From: a virus
Virus record (IMG/VR): IMGVR_UViG_3300017746_000089
Direction: 5' to 3' (one strand)
DNA: 29,895 nt
Below are positions 23,402 to 29,895 of the stretch, one piece after another. The position numbers were made by a program, and so were the translations under genes. The notes beneath the pieces were generated by a model. The model did no database searches, had not been told where the DNA came from, and saw only the letters and a list, made by a program, of their open reading frames with translations. Position 1 is the stretch's first letter. Each line of letters begins with the position of its first letter.

Positions 23402-23545
23402 TTAATAATGTTTTATATCAAATTCAATATCTGATAATATTTCTTCTAATTCTTCAATTGAAAAACTAAAAAGGTCTTTGTAATCTTGTTCGTTATGGGT
23501 GTTTTTACAATAAACCCAAATTTGATTAATTAATGATTGTTTCAT
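23402..23545 (-). CDS. Small hypothetical protein (47 aa)
   Basis: Hand translation MKQSLINQIWVYCKNTHNEQDYKDLFSFSIEELEEILSDIEFDIKHY*. Conserved early leader upstream. Confidence 0.4.
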   Translation of the reverse strand: MKQSLINQIWVYCKNTHNEQDYKDLFSFSIEELEEILSDIEFDIKHY

Positions 23546-23593
23546 TTTGTTTGTTTTTATAATTAATAATAATCAAATATACTATTAATTAAC

Positions 23594-23617
23594 TTATAAA
23601 CAAAATTATTAATAACT
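23594..23617 (-). promoter_or_regulatory. Promoter-like 24-nt element, copy 2 (minus strand: AGTTATTAATAATTTTGTTTATAA)
   Basis: 23/24 identical to 18894-18917. Contains TAATTTTG (TAnnTTTG). Overlaps the stop of 23616-24029 and precedes the small-ORF run. Confidence 0.5.
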
Positions 23618-24029
23618 ATTCATTCAAATTAATTCTAACTGCATCGTTTTCCTTTAGTAGGTAAACATCTTTTGTTACTCTTTTTTTAGTCCACATTGTA
23701 GTATCTGGGCAATATTTCTTTTCGGTCTTTGGCATTTCTAATGTATTTAAGTAATACATATAATTACCTTTTGGATCGTTTACAAAATAAATCTTTATTA
23801 CATCTTTACCCAGCTTCATTAAAGCATCGTATTTATCTTTTTCAAGCATCTTGGTTTCATAGTATGTTTTTCTAAATTTCATTTCTATAACACAATCAAA
23901 ACCTTTGGGTGTTTTACCTTTAGCATCGTATCTTTCTGAACCCTCACCACTCCATTGTAAATTCCAGCCATCAAAATTTAGTAGCACTACCATAGCTTTT
24001 TCAAGCTGGTGTATTTTATTTAATACCAT
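23616..24029 (-). CDS. PD-(D/E)xK nuclease-fold protein (putative)
   Basis: RYDAKG...FDCVIEMKFR gives a D...ExK arrangement. 137 aa. Confidence 0.4.
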   Translation of the reverse strand: MVLNKIHQLEKAMVVLLNFDGWNLQWSGEGSERYDAKGKTPKGFDCVIEMKFRKTYYETKMLEKDKYDALMKLGKDVIKIYFVNDPKGNYMYYLNTLEMPKTEKKYCPDTTMWTKKRVTKDVYLLKENDAVRINLNE

Positions 24030-24228
24030 TATTCCATATTACGTTTAAATCTTTTATCCATTGCTTTATTGTTCTTGGGTTACAAGTACAAGGTTTGTAG
24101 TAATTGTGTTTGTGGTATTCAGCGTGTAGTTTACACACCAATTCAAATTCTTGGTTAGTAATGTGTTGCTTTGTACCCATTCTAAAGTTTTCCCATTTTG
24201 CATAGTCTTGCTTATTAAATTTTACCAT
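24016..24228 (-). CDS. Hypothetical protein (70 aa)
   Basis: ORF track. Overlaps its neighbours on both sides. Confidence 0.45.
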   Translation of the reverse strand: MVKFNKQDYAKWENFRMGTKQHITNQEFELVCKLHAEYHKHNYYKPCTCNPRTIKQWIKDLNVIWNNGIK

Positions 24229-24368
24229 CGATCTATTTTTATTTCGTTTAACTTTTTTCTACGTTCATTGCAATTACATTTTGTACCTCTGTATTTATGC
24301 CAGGTATCAACAAGGTATTTTATACCAGTATATTTAGTAATGTAGTAAATAAGGTTTCCTAATTTCAT
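24222..24368 (-). CDS. Small hypothetical protein (48 aa)
   Basis: Hand translation MKLGNLIYYITKYTGIKYLVDTWHKYRGTKCNCNERRKKLNEIKIDRW*. ATGA overlap upstream. Confidence 0.35.
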   Translation of the reverse strand: MKLGNLIYYITKYTGIKYLVDTWHKYRGTKCNCNERRKKLNEIKIDRW

Positions 24369-24820
24369 ATTACATTTAAGTTTAAAAATTTACATTTATT
24401 TTTAGGTACTCTATAAAATTTATCAATACCTTTTCGTTCTTTACTATTTATAAATTGTTCAACATAGTATTTTTCTTTAAATATTTCATCAGAAAAACAA
24501 GTAACTGCATAACCAGTTTCAGAACAAATTATAACATAATTAAAACTATTTATTTTGTGTAACCTTTTTTTTCTTGCTAAAAAACTTACATTTTTATAGT
24601 AAAAAGTTTTAGAATTTATAAAAGGTTTATATGATAATAATTCAAGTTCAAAGTAATATTTTTTACCATCTTTAGATGTTATAACATCCATTCCGTAATC
24701 TTCTTTTTTCTTAATTATTTTATGACCGAAAAATTTAGCATATTTAATAAATATATCTTTAGCAAATGTATCACTTCTATTATATGATTTTTGTATGAAT
24801 TTATTTGGTTTTGTTTTCAT
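24365..24820 (-). CDS. Hypothetical protein (151 aa), weakly nuclease-like
   Basis: DYGMDVITSKDGKKYYFELELLSYK gives only a loose D...E.E...K pattern. Confidence 0.3.
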   Translation of the reverse strand: MKTKPNKFIQKSYNRSDTFAKDIFIKYAKFFGHKIIKKKEDYGMDVITSKDGKKYYFELELLSYKPFINSKTFYYKNVSFLARKKRLHKINSFNYVIICSETGYAVTCFSDEIFKEKYYVEQFINSKERKGIDKFYRVPKNKCKFLNLNVI

Positions 24821-25296
24821 AGCAGTTTCTTTAATTTATCTTTTACTTTGTTGTAAGTATTATACAATGAATAGTATTGTATGTATGATTTTCTACTAAA
24901 TTCTGCTATGCTTTCACCACTATTAATTATTTCAAATACTTTCCTATCATACCAAAACATATTATCTAATTCTTTTTTTATAATTGCGTATGCCTTATCA
25001 TAATCAATATCTGAAATAGACTTATCAATATCTACATCTTCAATATTAATAATAGTTATGTTTTTTTCCTTGCGTTTTAAATCGTAAAACAATGACCTTA
25101 ATGTTTTAAATATGTAGTAGTAGTTTACCTCATCATTGTACATAATATCTAAACCTTTATTTAGTTTTTTATGTATCTTAATATACATTTCTTGTACTAT
25201 ATCTTCTGATGTTTCTTTTGGGCAACCGAAGCTGGTAACTATTTCTATCCAGGTTTTGTGCTTTTCAGCAATTAATACCATTGTTTTTTCTACCAT
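24817..25296 (-). CDS. ECF-like sigma-70 family RNA polymerase sigma factor
   Basis: Region-2-like SEDIVQEMYIKIHKKL...NYYYIFKTLRSLFYDLKRKEK and region-4-like HTH RKVFEIINSGESIAEFSRKSYIQYYSLYNTYNKVKDKLKKLL. 159 aa. Confidence 0.6.
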   Translation of the reverse strand: MVEKTMVLIAEKHKTWIEIVTSFGCPKETSEDIVQEMYIKIHKKLNKGLDIMYNDEVNYYYIFKTLRSLFYDLKRKEKNITIINIEDVDIDKSISDIDYDKAYAIIKKELDNMFWYDRKVFEIINSGESIAEFSRKSYIQYYSLYNTYNKVKDKLKKLL

Positions 25297-26135
25297 TACG
25301 CTAAAGGATCATAAATATTATTTACTATTTGTGGTAAACCTACATCATTAACTTCAAAAGAAAATGTATCAAATGAATAACCCCTTGACCTACCACACTT
25401 AACAGTAACCCAATCTTTGTTTACTGTATTTGCTTCTAATGCTATAACTGTTTCTGCTTTTTTTTCAAGAAAACTCCCTAAATGCCCAGTACCAAATTTT
25501 TGGCTACCATAGTTTTGGTGTATAACATTTATTATATGACATTTATATTTAGCACTCCATTCCATTAATCTTTGCACTAAAGCATTTGATTCTATTATTG
25601 AATTGGCATCACTACATAAATCAGCAATACCATCTATTATTATTAAACTTGGTTTATCTATTTTGTTTTCTAAATAGTAATCTATAAAATCTATTCGCAT
25701 TTTGTGATCTATTGACCTTAACCCAAATGTATGGTAGTTATTTGTGTTTATACTTGAATCCATTGTTAATGGTCTTTTAAATACCTTTTGACAATGCCAT
25801 AAGCCTTGTTCGGTATCTATGTGTAAAAGATGACCATTACCTTTATGCCCTTTTAAGTTACCACCATATATATTTGTACCACTTAAATATACTGATGCTA
25901 ATAAAGAAATAAAAAATGTTTTCATAGTTTTTGGTGGTGCTGTAACTACTGATAAGTTCCCATAAGTTCCTAAAGCAATCGGTACTAATTTATCACCACT
26001 TTCAGATTTTAATAATTTTTCACCATAACTTAATGCTACTGGTGGATAGTCTATTTTTTCGTTAATGTCTACTTTACAATCGTGTTCGATAAAGTCCATT
26101 AACATATTGTGTTCAGTTTGTTGTTGTTTAGTCAT
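25296..26135 (-). CDS. RecA-fold ATPase resembling the DnaB helicase C-terminal domain (AAA_25/RepA-like)
   Basis: TAPPKTMKTFF aligns with the DnaB ARPSMGKTAF P-loop, but with M in place of the invariant G. Walker B LIIIDGIADL, then INVIHQN. Confidence 0.55.
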   Translation of the reverse strand: MTKQQQTEHNMLMDFIEHDCKVDINEKIDYPPVALSYGEKLLKSESGDKLVPIALGTYGNLSVVTAPPKTMKTFFISLLASVYLSGTNIYGGNLKGHKGNGHLLHIDTEQGLWHCQKVFKRPLTMDSSINTNNYHTFGLRSIDHKMRIDFIDYYLENKIDKPSLIIIDGIADLCSDANSIIESNALVQRLMEWSAKYKCHIINVIHQNYGSQKFGTGHLGSFLEKKAETVIALEANTVNKDWVTVKCGRSRGYSFDTFSFEVNDVGLPQIVNNIYDPLA

Positions 26136-26158
26136 ATATTATTTTTCTATAAAGATAT

Positions 26159-26188
26159 AAAAAAAAGGGCATTAAATTAATAACACCC
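26159..26188 (-). terminator. Intrinsic terminator after the SSB-like gene
   Basis: Minus-strand AAAAGGGTGTTA-TTAATT-TAATGCCCTTTT hairpin followed by a T8 run. Includes G-U pairs that form only on the minus transcript. Confidence 0.55.
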
Positions 26189-26196
26189 TTTTAAAT

Positions 26197-26499
26197 TTAA
26201 AATGGTAAATCACCACTTTGTTCATCTACTGCAACTTCAAGTTGCTTTTCTTCACGTTCTGCTAATGTAACAGTTCCATCAGTCCAAACTACTTTGCCAT
26301 TACCTAAATAGTTTTTTGGCATTTTAGCATCTCGTTCTTCTTTTGTTTGTGAATCCATAAACGCTACGTTGTTCCCGTATCGTGTTTCATCTTGTACTGA
26401 AATAGTAAAGTTGTAATAAACTGCACCATCTTTTCCTTTGATAAACTTTTCTTTTGGTAGTTTATCTACTCTAATTGAACCATTGATTAATGTACTCAT
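26197..26499 (-). CDS. Small single-stranded-DNA-binding-like protein
   Basis: 100 aa, beta-rich core, acidic C-terminus ending in DLPF like the bacterial SSB tip (DDDIPF). Sits in the recombination module. Confidence 0.5.
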   Translation of the reverse strand: MSTLINGSIRVDKLPKEKFIKGKDGAVYYNFTISVQDETRYGNNVAFMDSQTKEERDAKMPKNYLGNGKVVWTDGTVTLAEREEKQLEVAVDEQSGDLPF

Positions 26500-26522
26500 A
26501 TATATATAAATTTAGTTAATAT

Positions 26523-26648
26523 TCATTTTATTTCCCTTTGTGCTGATTTTTTATCTGTTCTTGTATAAGAATATATTTGTCTATTTTCATCACAAGGTAT
26601 AAATTTTATTTTATCATTTAAAGGTGGTTTTACTTTACGTTTTTTCAT
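26523..26648 (-). CDS. Small basic hypothetical protein (41 aa)
   Basis: Hand translation MKKRKVKPPLNDKIKFIPCDENRQIYSYTRTDKKSAQREIK*. Confidence 0.3.
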   Translation of the reverse strand: MKKRKVKPPLNDKIKFIPCDENRQIYSYTRTDKKSAQREIK

Positions 26649-26656
26649 AATTATAT

Positions 26657-27031
26657 CTATTTCTTTTTAAAATCTTCGCTTTCATCTTCACCAAATACAC
26701 CAAGTTCATAAAACCCAGTTAGTTTTAGTACTGCTCTTGACAATGCCCTTTTTTCTGCCATTTCCATTACGTACCAACTATTGGTGTTACCCTCTTTAAA
26801 ACTTGCACCTTTATAAGCTGATCCAAAAGTTTCAATGTTTTCATTTACTGCTTTTACAACTGCAAAGTTAGGTTCGCATTTTATTACATCAAATTTAATT
26901 TTGATTTGTTCTTGTGCTTGTATTTTTTCAATACCTTGCCTTGTAATAATTACATAGTGTTGGTGTTTAAATACATCTGTTTTTTCTAAATTATACTTTT
27001 TGTATAACTCTACTAATTTGTTTCGTTCCAT
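26657..27031 (-). CDS. Hypothetical protein, possible annealing-protein-like fragment
   Basis: 124 aa. EMAEKRALSRAVLKLTG resembles the conserved helix of Rad52/ERF-type SSAPs, but the protein is short. Confidence 0.25.
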   Translation of the reverse strand: MERNKLVELYKKYNLEKTDVFKHQHYVIITRQGIEKIQAQEQIKIKFDVIKCEPNFAVVKAVNENIETFGSAYKGASFKEGNTNSWYVMEMAEKRALSRAVLKLTGFYELGVFGEDESEDFKKK

Positions 27032-27035
27032 TATG

Positions 27036-27164
27036 TTATATTAAATTGTTTACTTGTAGAATTGCCTTTAATTCTTCTATCTTGTTTTGTAAGGCTTCAA
27101 CTCTAAACTGGTATTCAGTAAGTAATTGATTTGTAGTTTGGTTACTAAAATTTGTGTTTACCAT
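27036..27164 (-). CDS. Small hypothetical protein (42 aa)
   Basis: Start moved to ATG 27164 (MVNTNFSNQ...). The longer track ORF would begin inside the upstream terminator hairpin. Conserved early leader. Confidence 0.4.
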   Translation of the reverse strand: MVNTNFSNQTTNQLLTEYQFRVEALQNKIEELKAILQVNNLI

Positions 27165-27220
27165 TTGTTTTGTTTTTAAAATTAATAATCGTAAAGGTAT
27201 AAACATTTCTGTTAATAAAC

Positions 27221-27248
27221 AAAAAAAAGGGCTGCATTTCTGCAACCC
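27221..27248 (-). terminator. Intrinsic terminator after the NinG-like gene
   Basis: Minus-strand GGGTTGCA-GAAA-TGCAGCCC (GAAA tetraloop, one G-U pair) followed by T8. Confidence 0.8.
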
Positions 27249-27289
27249 AATTTAAACATAACAAAACAAACTAAAGCAAAGATACTGTT

Positions 27290-27703
27290 TTACATACTAT
27301 CTACCAACTTTTTATATTTTAAAATCATTTCTTCTATTTCTGAATTTGTAAACTTAACAATCTGTTTTGACTTAATATATAGTTCATCAGATAACCCAGC
27401 ATAAAACCTTTCATCTAAATACTTTGCAAATAAAAATTGTTCACCATATCGAAACACATTACACCCTGCACATTGCACTTGGCAATTCTGTTCATCCCAT
27501 CTTGTAGCATAATGTTTTCTGCTTTGAAAATGTCCGTTCTGTAATTTCTTCCAATGGTCTTTTTTACCACAAGTAAAACAAGTTGCGTAACCATCTACTG
27601 AATCTTTTAACCTTATGTATTGACTAAATACTGAATCCAGCTTTTTAACAAGTTTACCTCTACTTGGTTTTTTTTTGCTTTTAGGTATTGTTTTAGATGG
27701 CAT
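27290..27703 (-). CDS. ninG: NinG/Rap-like recombination endonuclease
   Basis: LDSVFSQYIRLKD, CFTCG, QNGHFQSRKHYATRWDEQNCQVQCAGCN: the lambda NinG family pattern with four Zn-type Cys. Confidence 0.75.
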   Translation of the reverse strand: MPSKTIPKSKKKPSRGKLVKKLDSVFSQYIRLKDSVDGYATCFTCGKKDHWKKLQNGHFQSRKHYATRWDEQNCQVQCAGCNVFRYGEQFLFAKYLDERFYAGLSDELYIKSKQIVKFTNSEIEEMILKYKKLVDSM

Positions 27704-27821
27704 TATCTATAACTTCCATTAAATGCCTTAATTCACTTAATTCAAATTCACCAACTACAACACCCCTTATTGATAGCATATAGTGTTCTTTTCTAATTTT
27801 TAAACATTTTGTTTCATTCAT
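27693..27821 (-). CDS. Small hypothetical protein (42 aa), first ORF after the AT-rich region
   Basis: Hand translation MNETKCLKIRKEHYMLSIRGVVVGEFELSELRHLMEVIDNAI*. 11-nt overlap with the NinG-like gene. Confidence 0.35.
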   Translation of the reverse strand: MNETKCLKIRKEHYMLSIRGVVVGEFELSELRHLMEVIDNAI

Positions 27822-28004
27822 AATATTTGTTTTTGATTTTTAAAAAAAATGTAATAACTTTGAATTTTTTATAATTTATTATTTTATCTAAATATATCTA
27901 AAAATAAATACCAAAATATATTCTATAACAAATATAAATAAATATAAATATATATCTAAAGAAATATATAATTAATAAAAATGTAATGATTTTGGCAATA
28001 TATT
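27822..28004. other. AT-rich noncoding region with short direct repeats; candidate early promoter region and/or origin
   Basis: About 10% G+C by manual count. Repeats: aaaatgtaat x2, (t)atctaaa x3, tandem aaatataaat-aaatataaat, (g)aatatatt x2. The minus strand contains TATATTTG (TAnnTTTG). Confidence 0.5.
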
Positions 28005-28460
28005 CTATTTTTTCTGGGATATGTATTTAAATTTTTCTACACCCCTTGATCCAAAGTAAGCAACATAAACAGTTATTAAAAGGCTTTTAAGTAGTTCTAT
28101 CCATTCAGTATTTACACCAAATTCAATATCTAAAGAATCAAGCACAATCAAAAGTATCATAGATACCGTAAGAAAAATCAAAGTCATTGGTCTTGTGTTC
28201 TTACTTAAATAACTATCAGAAGCCATATCAGCAGTCCATCTTTTACTAACCTCTTGTGCTTCTACTATATCAAGTTCAATAAGTTTTAATGCTTCTTCTT
28301 TGTCTTTAGGTGGTAATTCGCTATCGTTTGAAATAAGTTGTTTAACCATACCAAGTACTCCAGCATCTGGTAATAAATCACTTGCAACACCTAAAATATT
28401 TGGTGCTGCTTTTACCAGAAACTTGCCTACTCTTGTATCTTTAAACTTTTTTTTTGGCAT
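28005..28460 (-). CDS. Putative holin (3-TM, GTA_holin_3TM-like)
   Basis: SDLLPDAGVLGMV..., coiled segment ...VEAQEVSKRW...NTRP, then TM helices MTLIFLTVSMILLIVL and LLKSLLITVYVAYFG. In the lysis neighbourhood. Confidence 0.5.
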   Translation of the reverse strand: MPKKKFKDTRVGKFLVKAAPNILGVASDLLPDAGVLGMVKQLISNDSELPPKDKEEALKLIELDIVEAQEVSKRWTADMASDSYLSKNTRPMTLIFLTVSMILLIVLDSLDIEFGVNTEWIELLKSLLITVYVAYFGSRGVEKFKYISQKK

Positions 28461-28615
28461 TACTTCTTTTTCTTTTTATTAAGTAAATACCACTTTTGTA
28501 ATGTGTAACCTATTGTTACAAGTACAAGTATAATTTTTAATGCTATATCTATATTTGTCATTGAAATACCAAACGCTCCTATGTTTATAAGTAATGTTTT
28601 AAAATCTGTTATCAT
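28460..28615 (-). CDS. Small membrane protein (51 aa), possible second holin/antiholin
   Basis: Hand translation MITDFKTLLINIGAFGISMTNIDIALKIILVLVTIGYTLQKWYLLNKKKKK*. Hydrophobic core and poly-Lys tail. ATGA and TAATG overlaps with neighbours. Confidence 0.45.
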   Translation of the reverse strand: MITDFKTLLINIGAFGISMTNIDIALKIILVLVTIGYTLQKWYLLNKKKKK

Positions 28616-29061
28616 TTCTTATCTATTTGTTTTAGTTTATTAATTGCCCAATTTATACCAGCTGAACCACCCCAAGCATCCCACATAATACCACCACACC
28701 CATCAGAATATGGTACATCTTTATGTTGTTGATGCCTTTTAAATGATGCCATTCTTGCTATTGTATCACGTGATAAATTTTCACCATTGGCTAATTGTCT
28801 TGCTCTTGTCCACCCAACTTGTGTACCACAACTACTTCCGTTTTTTTCTTTATATGCTATTGCTTTTTTTGCATTACTTTTTGCACCTTTAGGGTAGTCA
28901 TTATAGGTTTCAAGTTCTACTTCGTTTAATTTTACATTTTTAAATGAATCATAACAAATTGCAATAGCTTGTGATTTTTCGTACTCTTGCATTAATTGTG
29001 GTACGCATCGGATCATAAAATCACTTTGGCTTTCACCTTGTTTTTTCTTTGGTATTGGCAT
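28612..29061 (-). CDS. Conserved-looking phage protein of unknown function
   Basis: 149 aa with an SDFMIRC...QAIAICYDSF motif and GTQVGWTRARQLANGENLSRDTIARMASFKRH...GGIMWDAWGG. Motifs recalled from other phage proteins; no assigned function. Confidence 0.4.
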   Translation of the reverse strand: MPIPKKKQGESQSDFMIRCVPQLMQEYEKSQAIAICYDSFKNVKLNEVELETYNDYPKGAKSNAKKAIAYKEKNGSSCGTQVGWTRARQLANGENLSRDTIARMASFKRHQQHKDVPYSDGCGGIMWDAWGGSAGINWAINKLKQIDKK

Positions 29062-29062
29062 C

Positions 29063-29302
29063 TTAAAACTTGTTTTCTAAATATGGGTATTCGTGAAAAT
29101 AATGTACCCCCTCGTTATCAATATCAATAGCAAAAGGTAGCCATTTAGTAGGGTGTGATTCTTCACCATCAAATAAAACATCTACTCTATATTTTTCATC
29201 ACTAAAACCTAATACAACTATTCTATTTTTTATAGCATCAATATCTGCTATTGCATCTTCGTATGCTTCTAAAGTATCAAATTCGTATTTTCCAACTTTC
29301 AT
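29063..29302 (-). CDS. Hypothetical protein (79 aa)
   Basis: ORF track. Tightly packed between its neighbours. Confidence 0.45.
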   Translation of the reverse strand: MKVGKYEFDTLEAYEDAIADIDAIKNRIVVLGFSDEKYRVDVLFDGEESHPTKWLPFAIDIDNEGVHYFHEYPYLENKF

Positions 29303-29304
29303 AA

Positions 29305-29769
29305 TTATTCTTTATAAGTATAATATTTACCAGCTCTTTTAGTTACTAAAACTTGTTTTCTATTTTTCTTTTTAGATACATAAGAAACGTGCAACCATTT
29401 TGGTGTTGAACCAAATTCCCATATAAGCTGGTCAAAGTCTAAATTATCTTTTATGTAATGAAACATATCTAAATTTGTTTTGCAATCATCTTTATCACAA
29501 GTCATACTTGTAATGTCTATTGCTTGACCTTTTAAATGACTACTTGTTGAACTACCTTTAATTGCAGTATTTAAATCTTTTGATCTAAAAAAACTATTTA
29601 CTTTTATAGGGCAATCCACCCATTCACGTAATGGTTCAAAAACTTTTTCTGCAACTGTTTGCATACATTTAAGTTGCTTATCATTAGGTTCGTTTTCAAT
29701 ACCTAATTTATTTGCAGTATTTGAATATGTTGCTTCTTTATAGCTTATATGTTCACTTATTTTTTCCAT
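29305..29769 (-). CDS. Endolysin, zinc peptidase M15 family (D-Ala-D-Ala carboxypeptidase / L-Ala-D-Glu peptidase type)
   Basis: FFRSKDLNTAIKGSSTSSHLKGQAIDI (H-x6-D zinc ligands) and a later WLHVSY histidine. 154 aa. Confidence 0.8.
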   Translation of the reverse strand: MEKISEHISYKEATYSNTANKLGIENEPNDKQLKCMQTVAEKVFEPLREWVDCPIKVNSFFRSKDLNTAIKGSSTSSHLKGQAIDITSMTCDKDDCKTNLDMFHYIKDNLDFDQLIWEFGSTPKWLHVSYVSKKKNRKQVLVTKRAGKYYTYKE

Positions 29770-29895
29770 CTTCTACTGGTTTTATACTACCATCAGATAA
29801 TTCAATATTTACTTGTCCGTATTTATCTTCAAGTACCTTTTTATTATCTTCAATTTCTTGATTAAGTTGTGCAAATAAATGACTTAATGTATGTA
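29753..29895 (-). CDS. 3' part of the junction-spanning 79-aa ORF. 29773-29895 duplicates 1-123.
   Basis: The reading frame from 220 continues ...KPVEDGKNK with TGA at 29755-29753, overlapping the endolysin ATG at 29769. Confidence 0.55.
   Translation of the reverse strand, partial: HTLSHLFAQLNQEIEDNKKVLEDKYGQVNIELSDGSIKPVEDGKNK
29773..29895. repeat. Right copy of exact 123-bp terminal direct repeat
   Basis: Identical to 1-123. Confidence 0.95.

Noticed and set aside
27165-27245. N-terminal 27 codons of the track ORF 27036-27245
   Set aside because: This stretch contains the hairpin and T-tract of the NinG-gene terminator (27221-27248). The translated sequence is implausible (MQKCSPFFCLLTEMF...). 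ATG 27164 has the conserved early leader.
1-29895. Search for a diversity-generating retroelement, integrase/attP, a toxin-antitoxin pair or a known defence/anti-defence gene
   Set aside because: I recognised no reverse-transcriptase, recombinase, or known toxin or anti-CRISPR motif in any frame. The fibre repeats have no template-repeat/RT partner. Absence is judged by eye only and should be confirmed with profile searches.

Overview
This window appears to be one complete genome of a small, AT-rich, tailed dsDNA phage. Bases 1-123 recur exactly at 29773-29895, so the unique unit is 29,772 bp. That fits either a circular or circularly permuted assembly, or a short direct terminal repeat. One 79-codon ORF is split by the window ends. 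All credible genes (about 55, tightly packed, many with ATGA or TAATG stop-start overlaps) lie on the minus strand. Every + strand ORF in the track looks like an antisense shadow. In transcription order (high to low coordinate) the layout is as follows. (1) Lysis genes: an M15-peptidase endolysin (29305-29769) and two membrane proteins (28005-28615). (2) A ~180-bp noncoding stretch with almost no G+C. (3) An early replication/recombination module: NinG/Rap-like protein, SSB-like protein with a DLPF tail, DnaB-C-terminal-like ATPase, ECF-like sigma factor, PD-(D/E)xK-like protein, 5'-3' exonuclease/FEN, DnaA-domain-IV-like protein, PAPS-reductase-like PP-loop protein, and many ORFs under 70 aa. 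(4) terS and terL. (5) A self-contained cassette of five tiny ORFs with its own promoter-like element, long leader and terminator. (6) A morphogenesis block in an unusual order: tail-type genes (including a T10 -1 frameshift site and a tape-measure-like protein), XkdF-like protease, two paralogs, scaffold, major capsid, a portal fused to a MuF-like domain, and a 1142-aa hyper-repetitive fibre. I recognised no integrase, repressor, tRNA, CRISPR array or DNA polymerase. The absence of Shine-Dalgarno sequences, the A-rich leaders and TAnnTTTG-like boxes suggest a Bacteroidota (Flavobacteriia-like) host. The most notable non-gene signals are: a 9-nt motif CGTTATATA placed 1-6 nt upstream of the start codons of five late units (a candidate late promoter for the phage sigma factor, implying leaderless or near-leaderless mRNAs); orientation-specific intrinsic terminators; and a 16/17-bp inverted repeat enclosing 119 nt just downstream of terL. 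All functional calls come from motifs recognised by eye; no database search was run.
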